Shown piece by piece: positions 34,314 to 42,552 of a DNA stretch of 64,000 nucleotides (the first letter of the stretch is position 1; each line of letters starts with the position of its first letter). The DNA is from Psilocybe cubensis. Its lineage: Eukaryota. Position numbers and translations under genes: made by a program. Under the pieces are notes generated by a model that was not told the origin of the DNA, did no database searches, and saw only the letters and a list, made by a program, of their open reading frames with translations. The stretch spans positions 620,001 through 684,000 of the forward strand of contig CM039009.1 of the NCBI GenBank assembly GCA_017499595.2, given 5' to 3'.

Positions 34314-36599
34314 CTACTCCTCCGGAACGTGGACAAAGGCGCGGCATCCCCATACACGGAGATGGGATAGATTGGGAGGTCGATGATACATGTTTTCAAA
34401 TGGGGTGATACCATCTTCATCCGTGCTTGTTATGTTGAGAAGGTATGACACGGTGAGAGCAGCTTCGCCCCAGTAGGTCAATGGAAGTTGAGCAGTGGTA
34501 ATCATTGCGAGCATTCGACCCTGAATGGTTCGCATGAAGCGTTCGATTTCCCCGTTCATCCAGTGTTCACGGGCCGGCGTGACCTCTTGTTCAATTCCCA
34601 CCTCTAACAAGTAGGCAGCAAAACTACCCTTCCACTCCGGACCTCCATCACAGCGGAAACGCTTAATCTTGAAACCCGTGCGCGTCTCCCAGCGCGCTTG
34701 CACAATCTTGAAGGCCTCTAGCATGGTGTCGGCAGTCTTGTCAGCAGTAAGTTGAACGTTATTGACTTTCATTCCAGCACACCGGAAGGCAACAAAATAT
34801 TCTTTGTGATGTGGTGTCTGCACCGGAAAAGGACCACACGTGTCAGCTACAACAAGTTCGAGAGGTTGATAGGCGCGCTGGCCAAGTGAGCTTGGCGGAT
34901 GCGGGGTAGCGGTGTGCTTGGCGACAATACACGGTTCGCATTTTATGTTGTCGTCTTTAACATCGGCTCTCATTACCCTCTTGACCAACATACGCGTAGC
35001 CTGCTCTCCAGGATGACCAAGACGAAGGTGATGCAAGTACATGGATTCCTGAACTTTCACAAACATCGCTCGTTCACCTGTAGAGTTGTAAGATTGTGGT
35101 ACGAAGACGGCATTGTCGACTGCGAATAGGCCATGAATCAACGAAGCGGAAGCAAATGCCACTCCCCGTTTGGAAAGATGAATTCCGTGACCAGGTTGGA
35201 AATTGCAACCGATCTCTGCAATGTATAGACGACTAACAGAGAGTAGGTTAACAGCCGCTGAAGGAGCATGAAGACAGTTATTCAATTTGAGCCTGATGGT
35301 CTTGCCGTTGTAGGTGACATTAAGGATACAGATTCCTCCACCTTGAGTTCGGAGAGTCCCAAGATTCGCCGTCGTGACATTCCTGGCGTCACTTTCGGAG
35401 TAGGTGTGGAACAAGTGACGAGATTTAATGATATGAGAGGTGGCACCAGAGTCGAGTAAAATTGAGGTTGATAGGAAGGATTTCGTATTGACGGATGCAA
35501 CGAGGTTATCGTGAGTGCTATTCTGCTCGTCTCCGATTTCTTCAATTAATGCACAGGAAATTTCGCCGCTGGTATCAAGATTAGTGGAATCGACTGCTAT
35601 TGAAGCCATTTCAGCCTTTTTCGCGGCGGCAGCTGCACGATATGCCGGTCCCTGGCCCTCCATGCCTCCACCCTTGGCCCAACAGTGCTCTTTATCGTGC
35701 GAACGATTCTTGCAATTGGTGCATCGCACTCCGTTTGGGTTGTTGGCGTGTTTGGCAATGGGCCGGTTATCATTGGAGAAGTTTGAATATTCTGAACCGG
35801 GAGGATGGCGCTTAGAACCTGCTTCTGCTTCTAAACGCTGGCATTCGATGGTTAGGCGCGATATTATCCTTTCAAGAGCAGTATTTGGAGCAGAAGGTGT
35901 CCTTCCTTCATCAACTGCGGCTTTATCCCTGTCTAACGTGTCTTGATATAGCTGTATCATCAATTGTTTAAAGTTGGGCCATACACCTGAAGACGGAAGA
36001 CCTCGAATGATATGGTGAATGATGTCGCCCTCTGGATAGTCAACACCCATGTCCTTCAGGCGCTCCCTGCCAGTACGAAACTCTCCAAGGTACTTCTCTA
36101 TTTCAGTGTAGTCCTTGAGTTTAATTGACGCGAGTTTCTCCTTGATAGCAAACTGAGCGTTGATATCGACTCGGGCATATCTTGTCATGATTTGGGCCCA
36201 CAACATTCGTGCGGTAACGTCTTCCCCTACGCTTAAGTTCGACTTGACTAATGCTGACACTTTTCGGGTGATCAGCGTTTTAGCGCTATCGTCGTCGCTC
36301 CACCACTTCCTATAGGCAGTGATAACCTCGTCGGACGCGTCGTTTGCTGGTTCAGCGGGTTTGGGTGACACAGGGTACCTTGCGGTTCGGCTTTCTGATC
36401 CCTCGATGTGACCATAGACGCCACAGTCTTTTAGGATGTTCCTCATGTCATCTCTCCACGCGATGAAATTAGACGTTCCTTCAAGGTTGACAATGTGGTC
36501 GACTTTCGCGTTTGCAGGTGTGATCTTATTGTTCATTGTGAAGTTGTTGATGGTGGTGTGAACAGCGTTCGGAATTTCTCCTTCTACGGATGATGACAT
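34314..36599 (-). CDS. gag-pol: Copia copy 1 Gag-protease-integrase ORF ending at an in-frame TAG
   Basis: CTNCKNRSHDKEHC knuckle, LLDSGATSH protease, HLRLGH…CEPC zinc motif, and ADTCG / RCDGG / NGEIER DDE core. Confidence 0.93.
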   Translation of the reverse strand: MSSSVEGEIPNAVHTTINNFTMNNKITPANAKVDHIVNLEGTSNFIAWRDDMRNILKDCGVYGHIEGSESRTARYPVSPKPAEPANDASDEVITAYRKWWSDDDSAKTLITRKVSALVKSNLSVGEDVTARMLWAQIMTRYARVDINAQFAIKEKLASIKLKDYTEIEKYLGEFRTGRERLKDMGVDYPEGDIIHHIIRGLPSSGVWPNFKQLMIQLYQDTLDRDKAAVDEGRTPSAPNTALERIISRLTIECQRLEAEAGSKRHPPGSEYSNFSNDNRPIAKHANNPNGVRCTNCKNRSHDKEHCWAKGGGMEGQGPAYRAAAAAKKAEMASIAVDSTNLDTSGEISCALIEEIGDEQNSTHDNLVASVNTKSFLSTSILLDSGATSHIIKSRHLFHTYSESDARNVTTANLGTLRTQGGGICILNVTYNGKTIRLKLNNCLHAPSAAVNLLSVSRLYIAEIGCNFQPGHGIHLSKRGVAFASASLIHGLFAVDNAVFVPQSYNSTGERAMFVKVQESMYLHHLRLGHPGEQATRMLVKRVMRADVKDDNIKCEPCIVAKHTATPHPPSSLGQRAYQPLELVVADTCGPFPVQTPHHKEYFVAFRCAGMKVNNVQLTADKTADTMLEAFKIVQARWETRTGFKIKRFRCDGGPEWKGSFAAYLLEVGIEQEVTPAREHWMNGEIERFMRTIQGRMLAMITTAQLPLTYWGEAALTVSYLLNITSTDEDGITPFENMYHRPPNLSHLRVWGCRAFVHVPEE

Positions 36600-36868
36600 T
36601 TTGATATGATTTTGTCAAGTGAGATGTATGTGAGATTTGACAATGAGTAGAACTGGTGCTCTCTAAGGAAACACTATGCGAGCCTGAATGCTGAGTTCCG
36701 TCTGTCTTCGTTTAGTTCAGGCGTCCTTCTACGGATGATGACATTTTGATATGATTTTGTCAAGTGAGATGTATGTGAGATTTGACAATGAGTAGAACTG
36801 GTGCTCTCTAAGGAAACACTATGCGAGCCTGAATGCTGAGTTCCGTCTGTCTTCGTTTAGTTCAGGCG
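36579..36868 (-). repeat. Perfect 2 x 145-bp tandem duplication of the Copia leader and gag start (copy 1)
   Basis: 36579-36723 equals 36724-36868. Confidence 0.95.
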
Positions 36869-36886
36869 CGACCGGGGCCCATAACC

Positions 36887-37281
36887 TGAAGAAAACTGAA
36901 ATATACGGTTAATCTCAGCCGAAAGAAACAAAGGGCTAAATATATTGAACCTGAAATATACGGTTAATCTACAAGACGAGTTAGTCATGTTTTATGAACA
37001 ACAAAGACTGGATTTACCTCAGCCGAAAGAAACAAAGGGCTGAGGTAACAGGAATGAGATGCTACGGTATATGTGAGGATTGAATGGATGAAGAAGTTGA
37101 TGAGAAAAATAAGGAAGGTGATGCGTTGTACGTTGAAGGAAAGAAAGCTGCTGAACTCAGCAGTTGAACAGGGGCTATCGGAGCGACTGGTCCGATTACG
37201 AATAAGGAAGTTCTAGGTGTAAAAAAGGAAATGGTGAATGCACGAATCGGAAAACATGAATAACGGCTTCGTATTCCAACA
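36887..37281 (-). repeat. Complete 395-bp Copia LTR shared by the two tandem copies
   Basis: Minus strand TGTTGG…TTCTTCA, preceded by PPT GAGGGGGTG and followed by PBS GGTTATGGGCCCC. Confidence 0.93.
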
Positions 37282-37288
37282 CACCCCC

Positions 37289-39688
37289 TCAACGCATCGC
37301 CTTGCTAACCGCTTTCGGATTGACGAGACCAAGGCGAGCAACTCCTTCAAGAAACTTGACACGTTGAAGTGGTTTCGTGAGGATGTCAGCCGGATTCTCT
37401 TTGCCGGGAATATGTAAAATGTGAAAAGATTTTGCTTCTATGTGAGACCGAATGAAATGATATCTGATGTCAATGTGCTTGGCTTTGGAGTGTGATGAGT
37501 CGTTCTCGCATAGAGATTTGGCGCCTTCATTGTCAGTGGCGACGACCAAGGGGTTTGGACATGTGATGTGAAGATATGAGAGCGACGACCCTAACCATAG
37601 GCCCTCCTGAACTGTTCGCGTTAACGCAATATACTCGGACTCCGTCGAACTCGTCGATATGCATGTCTGTGTCTTCGACGACCAACTTAAAGGACCACCC
37701 GCCACCATCCACACAAACCCTGAGACCGAAGCTCGCGATTCTTTGTTGCCTGCCCAATCGGCGTCAGAGTAACCTTGAAGAGGTTGCGATGCAGCCTCTC
37801 CTCCGTAGTGGAGACGATAATTGCGTGTCCCGCTGAGGTATCGGAGAACCCGTTTGGCTGTGGCAAAGTGCCGAGGTTGAGGGTTTGATGCGTGCTGCGA
37901 AAGTAATAGGACAGCGATGGAGATGTCGGGACGGGAGTGTCGTTGAATAAAAAGGAGGGATCCGATGAGGCGTTGAAAGGTAGGCTTGATGTTTGGTATT
38001 TCGGGGAATGTGTCGGCTTCCTGTCCAAAGATGTTATTGGCGTCGAGTGGGGTGGAAACCGGGCTGCAGTTGAGGAGTCCATATTCGTCTAGGATGCTCT
38101 CAATGTAGGATGTTTGATGAATCCAGATTTCTCGAGTAGACGTGTTTCTCTCGTATTGCACCCCGAGGTATGAGCGAAGAGGGCCGAGGTCCTTGATGCC
38201 AAATCTCTTATTGACTTTGGATTTAGCGTGGTCAAGAAATGCTTTTGAATTAGATGCTCCGAGTCCATCGTCGACGTGAATGCACAACCAACAGTGCACC
38301 TGTTCCCCATTCCAAAGTCCCTCAAAGACAAAGGTAGCGTGGTCTTTCTCTGATCGTTTAAACCCTATGTCCTGCAGTGTTGAGCGGATCAGGATGTACC
38401 ATACACTACTCGCCTGTTTTAAGCCGTAGAGTGACTTCTTCAGTCTCCAAATGCCTTTCGGGAAAGGAGAGGTGTAGCCCGGAGGACACCTCATGTAAAT
38501 AACCTCCGATAAATCTCCCCACAGGAATGCTCTCGTGGCGTCGAAGCATTCTATGTGCCACCCATTGAGGGTCGCATGCACAACGATTGCTCTGATGCTG
38601 ACCGATTTAGATACGGGCGCGAATGTTTCGTGATAATCGATGAGGTATTTTTGGGAGAATCCCTGAGCAACGAGCCTTGCCTTATAGATTAGATTTCCCT
38701 GATCGTCAATTTTGAATTCAAAAACCCATCGACATCCAATCGTATGTGTCCCATCTACGAAGCACTCGTCCGTGTACACATTCATTGACCTGAGCATATC
38801 CAGCTCCTTTTCGACGACTTTTTGCCATTGGTCTGCATCAGGACGCTGCATTGCTTCAGCGTAGTTGGCCGGCGGGATTTTGAGATCGTAATTGGGAGAG
38901 TGAGGATTTCGTTTCTGCTCACTCCTGATGGAGAGTAAAGTTGCCTCAAAAAAGGCTTCCTTATCTCGTGCCAGGTAGTCTTCGACGTCCAGTGAGACTA
39001 GTGATACGTCTTCGGAGTTATCGTGGGGATGATGTTCCAGCATTCCGACGGAGCACAAGGAGATGAAAGGATTTTCATCGTCACCCCCTTGCTCAGTGGA
39101 AGGCTGAACAGTTGACGAACGTTCTGCACTTGTGGCTCTACGTGAGGCTATGATGCTGTCGCTTTTCGCCTTTTCTGCTTCGCGGAATTGATTGTATAAA
39201 ATTCCTCTTGAGGTTGGATGTCGTTCTCTTGAGGAAGAGCGCGGTGGCGGTAAGACACGATGAGCGATAGGAGTTGGAGGTTGTTGAGGAGGATGGGAAG
39301 GGGGAGTAGATGGAATAACATCTATATCTACGGAAGAAATAGAAGATGAAGAGGGAACAGAAGAAGAAGAAGGTTCAAGAAGTTGGGATGAGTCCAAGTC
39401 AGAAGGTGTAGATACAAGATTTGGAACGGATGTTGTGACTGGGGATGAATAAGAAGAAGATGAAGTAGGAGAGGAAGAAGATAAAACATCGGAGAAGAAG
39501 GGTAAGGATGAGTAGTCTATGGGAATAGAAGAATTATTGTTAGAAAGAAAGGGCATGTTTTCGTCAAACATAGCATTAGAAGAATGAAAGAAGTGTCCTG
39601 TTTCAAGATGTCGGAACCTGTACCCTTTTCCGCCAGGCGGGTAACCCATAAATCTGCACTGTACAGATTTTGCGCCGAGCTTTGATTG
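37289..39688 (-). CDS. pol: Copia copy 2 IN C-terminus, RT and RNase H (in-frame continuation after TAG 39689-39691)
   Basis: Open frame QSKLGAKSVQCRFMGYP…HVDD…YSDADWA…KHIDIRYH…ADILTK. Confidence 0.92.
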   Translation of the reverse strand, partial: QSKLGAKSVQCRFMGYPPGGKGYRFRHLETGHFFHSSNAMFDENMPFLSNNNSSIPIDYSSLPFFSDVLSSSSPTSSSSYSSPVTTSVPNLVSTPSDLDSSQLLEPSSSSVPSSSSISSVDIDVIPSTPPSHPPQQPPTPIAHRVLPPPRSSSRERHPTSRGILYNQFREAEKAKSDSIIASRRATSAERSSTVQPSTEQGGDDENPFISLCSVGMLEHHPHDNSEDVSLVSLDVEDYLARDKEAFFEATLLSIRSEQKRNPHSPNYDLKIPPANYAEAMQRPDADQWQKVVEKELDMLRSMNVYTDECFVDGTHTIGCRWVFEFKIDDQGNLIYKARLVAQGFSQKYLIDYHETFAPVSKSVSIRAIVVHATLNGWHIECFDATRAFLWGDLSEVIYMRCPPGYTSPFPKGIWRLKKSLYGLKQASSVWYILIRSTLQDIGFKRSEKDHATFVFEGLWNGEQVHCWLCIHVDDGLGASNSKAFLDHAKSKVNKRFGIKDLGPLRSYLGVQYERNTSTREIWIHQTSYIESILDEYGLLNCSPVSTPLDANNIFGQEADTFPEIPNIKPTFQRLIGSLLFIQRHSRPDISIAVLLLSQHASNPQPRHFATAKRVLRYLSGTRNYRLHYGGEAASQPLQGYSDADWAGNKESRASVSGFVWMVAGGPLSWSSKTQTCISTSSTESEYIALTRTVQEGLWLGSSLSYLHITCPNPLVVATDNEGAKSLCENDSSHSKAKHIDIRYHFIRSHIEAKSFHILHIPGKENPADILTKPLQRVKFLEGVARLGLVNPKAVSKAMR

Positions 39689-41974
39689 CTACTCCTCCGG
39701 AACGTGGACAAAGGCGCGGCATCCCCATACACGGAGATGGGATAGATTGGGAGGTCGATGATACATGTTTTCAAATGGGGTGATACCATCTTCATCCGTG
39801 CTTGTTATGTTGAGAAGGTATGACACGGTGAGAGCAGCTTCGCCCCAGTAGGTCAATGGAAGTTGAGCAGTGGTAATCATTGCGAGCATTCGACCCTGAA
39901 TGGTTCGCATGAAGCGTTCGATTTCCCCGTTCATCCAGTGTTCACGGGCCGGCGTGACCTCTTGTTCAATTCCCACCTCTAACAAGTAGGCAGCAAAACT
40001 ACCCTTCCACTCCGGACCTCCATCACAGCGGAAACGCTTAATCTTGAAACCCGTGCGCGTCTCCCAGCGCGCTTGCACAATCTTGAAGGCCTCTAGCATG
40101 GTGTCGGCAGTCTTGTCAGCAGTAAGTTGAACGTTATTGACTTTCATTCCAGCACACCGGAAGGCAACAAAATATTCTTTGTGATGTGGTGTCTGCACCG
40201 GAAAAGGACCACACGTGTCAGCTACAACAAGTTCGAGAGGTTGATAGGCGCGCTGGCCAAGTGAGCTTGGCGGATGCGGGGTAGCGGTGTGCTTGGCGAC
40301 AATACACGGTTCGCATTTTATGTTGTCGTCTTTAACATCGGCTCTCATTACCCTCTTGACCAACATACGCGTAGCCTGCTCTCCAGGATGACCAAGACGA
40401 AGGTGATGCAAGTACATGGATTCCTGAACTTTCACAAACATCGCTCGTTCACCTGTAGAGTTGTAAGATTGTGGTACGAAGACGGCATTGTCGACTGCGA
40501 ATAGGCCATGAATCAACGAAGCGGAAGCAAATGCCACTCCCCGTTTGGAAAGATGAATTCCGTGACCAGGTTGGAAATTGCAACCGATCTCTGCAATGTA
40601 TAGACGACTAACAGAGAGTAGGTTAACAGCCGCTGAAGGAGCATGAAGACAGTTATTCAATTTGAGCCTGATGGTCTTGCCGTTGTAGGTGACATTAAGG
40701 ATACAGATTCCTCCACCTTGAGTTCGGAGAGTCCCAAGATTCGCCGTCGTGACATTCCTGGCGTCACTTTCGGAGTAGGTGTGGAACAAGTGACGAGATT
40801 TAATGATATGAGAGGTGGCACCAGAGTCGAGTAAAATTGAGGTTGATAGGAAGGATTTCGTATTGACGGATGCAACGAGGTTATCGTGAGTGCTATTCTG
40901 CTCGTCTCCGATTTCTTCAATTAATGCACAGGAAATTTCGCCGCTGGTATCAAGATTAGTGGAATCGACTGCTATTGAAGCCATTTCAGCCTTTTTCGCG
41001 GCGGCAGCTGCACGATATGCCGGTCCCTGGCCCTCCATGCCTCCACCCTTGGCCCAACAGTGCTCTTTATCGTGCGAACGATTCTTGCAATTGGTGCATC
41101 GCACTCCGTTTGGGTTGTTGGCGTGTTTGGCAATGGGCCGGTTATCATTGGAGAAGTTTGAATATTCTGAACCGGGAGGATGGCGCTTAGAACCTGCTTC
41201 TGCTTCTAAACGCTGGCATTCGATGGTTAGGCGCGATATTATCCTTTCAAGAGCAGTATTTGGAGCAGAAGGTGTCCTTCCTTCATCAACTGCGGCTTTA
41301 TCCCTGTCTAACGTGTCTTGATATAGCTGTATCATCAATTGTTTAAAGTTGGGCCATACACCTGAAGACGGAAGACCTCGAATGATATGGTGAATGATGT
41401 CGCCCTCTGGATAGTCAACACCCATGTCCTTCAGGCGCTCCCTGCCAGTACGAAACTCTCCAAGGTACTTCTCTATTTCAGTGTAGTCCTTGAGTTTAAT
41501 TGACGCGAGTTTCTCCTTGATAGCAAACTGAGCGTTGATATCGACTCGGGCATATCTTGTCATGATTTGGGCCCACAACATTCGTGCGGTAACGTCTTCC
41601 CCTACGCTTAAGTTCGACTTGACTAATGCTGACACTTTTCGGGTGATCAGCGTTTTAGCGCTATCGTCGTCGCTCCACCACTTCCTATAGGCAGTGATAA
41701 CCTCGTCGGACGCGTCGTTTGCTGGTTCAGCGGGTTTGGGTGACACAGGGTACCTTGCGGTTCGGCTTTCTGATCCCTCGATGTGACCATAGACGCCACA
41801 GTCTTTTAGGATGTTCCTCATGTCATCTCTCCACGCGATGAAATTAGACGTTCCTTCAAGGTTGACAATGTGGTCGACTTTCGCGTTTGCAGGTGTGATC
41901 TTATTGTTCATTGTGAAGTTGTTGATGGTGGTGTGAACAGCGTTCGGAATTTCTCCTTCTACGGATGATGACAT
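39689..41974 (-). CDS. gag-pol: Copia copy 2 Gag-protease-integrase ORF
   Basis: Translation identical to 34314-36599. Confidence 0.93.
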   Translation of the reverse strand: MSSSVEGEIPNAVHTTINNFTMNNKITPANAKVDHIVNLEGTSNFIAWRDDMRNILKDCGVYGHIEGSESRTARYPVSPKPAEPANDASDEVITAYRKWWSDDDSAKTLITRKVSALVKSNLSVGEDVTARMLWAQIMTRYARVDINAQFAIKEKLASIKLKDYTEIEKYLGEFRTGRERLKDMGVDYPEGDIIHHIIRGLPSSGVWPNFKQLMIQLYQDTLDRDKAAVDEGRTPSAPNTALERIISRLTIECQRLEAEAGSKRHPPGSEYSNFSNDNRPIAKHANNPNGVRCTNCKNRSHDKEHCWAKGGGMEGQGPAYRAAAAAKKAEMASIAVDSTNLDTSGEISCALIEEIGDEQNSTHDNLVASVNTKSFLSTSILLDSGATSHIIKSRHLFHTYSESDARNVTTANLGTLRTQGGGICILNVTYNGKTIRLKLNNCLHAPSAAVNLLSVSRLYIAEIGCNFQPGHGIHLSKRGVAFASASLIHGLFAVDNAVFVPQSYNSTGERAMFVKVQESMYLHHLRLGHPGEQATRMLVKRVMRADVKDDNIKCEPCIVAKHTATPHPPSSLGQRAYQPLELVVADTCGPFPVQTPHHKEYFVAFRCAGMKVNNVQLTADKTADTMLEAFKIVQARWETRTGFKIKRFRCDGGPEWKGSFAAYLLEVGIEQEVTPAREHWMNGEIERFMRTIQGRMLAMITTAQLPLTYWGEAALTVSYLLNITSTDEDGITPFENMYHRPPNLSHLRVWGCRAFVHVPEE

Positions 41975-42243
41975 TTTGATATGATTTTGTCAAGTGAGAT
42001 GTATGTGAGATTTGACAATGAGTAGAACTGGTGCTCTCTAAGGAAACACTATGCGAGCCTGAATGCTGAGTTCCGTCTGTCTTCGTTTAGTTCAGGCGTC
42101 CTTCTACGGATGATGACATTTTGATATGATTTTGTCAAGTGAGATGTATGTGAGATTTGACAATGAGTAGAACTGGTGCTCTCTAAGGAAACACTATGCG
42201 AGCCTGAATGCTGAGTTCCGTCTGTCTTCGTTTAGTTCAGGCG
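41954..42243 (-). repeat. 2 x 145-bp leader duplication (copy 2)
   Basis: Same as 36579-36868 at offset 5375. Confidence 0.93.
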
Positions 42244-42480
42244 CGACCGGGGCCCATAACCTGAAGAAAACTGAAATATACGGTTAATCTCAGCCGAAAG
42301 AAACAAAGGGCTAAATATATTTCCATTCTAACATGGTAGCAGCAAACCTGTTGGCTTGCATTTGCCTCTAACCGGGCTTGCAAGGGCGGAAACCCTATGG
42401 GAGTCTGGACTTCTTAGTCACTACAGGCTAGATATCGAGTTCAGGGGGTGTGTTGACATATAACTCTCTATCTACCCATG

Positions 42481-42552
42481 GGTCATGTAGCTCAGTGGTA
42501 GAGCATTGGCATATATAGCCGGGAGTCACTGGTTCAATTCCAGTCCTGACCG
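42481..42552 (+). ncRNA. tRNA-like element in TRIM LTR 3
   Basis: Identical to 20056-20127. Confidence 0.85.

Larger units (their letters stand above)
20403..37281 (-). mobile_element. Ty1/Copia LTR retrotransposon copy 1; RNase H interrupted by Gypsy, 3' LTR reduced to 32 bp
   Basis: Shared full LTR 36887-37281, PBS GGTTATGGGCCCC, gag-PR-IN 36599-34314, RT to 32324, RNase H remainder 20855-20442, PPT GAGGGGGTG and LTR stub 20403-20434. Confidence 0.95.
36887..42321 (-). mobile_element. Ty1/Copia copy 2; 5' LTR reduced to its last 60 bp (42262-42321)
   Basis: Direct repeat of copy 1 at offset 5375, with uninterrupted RT-RNase H. Confidence 0.95.
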
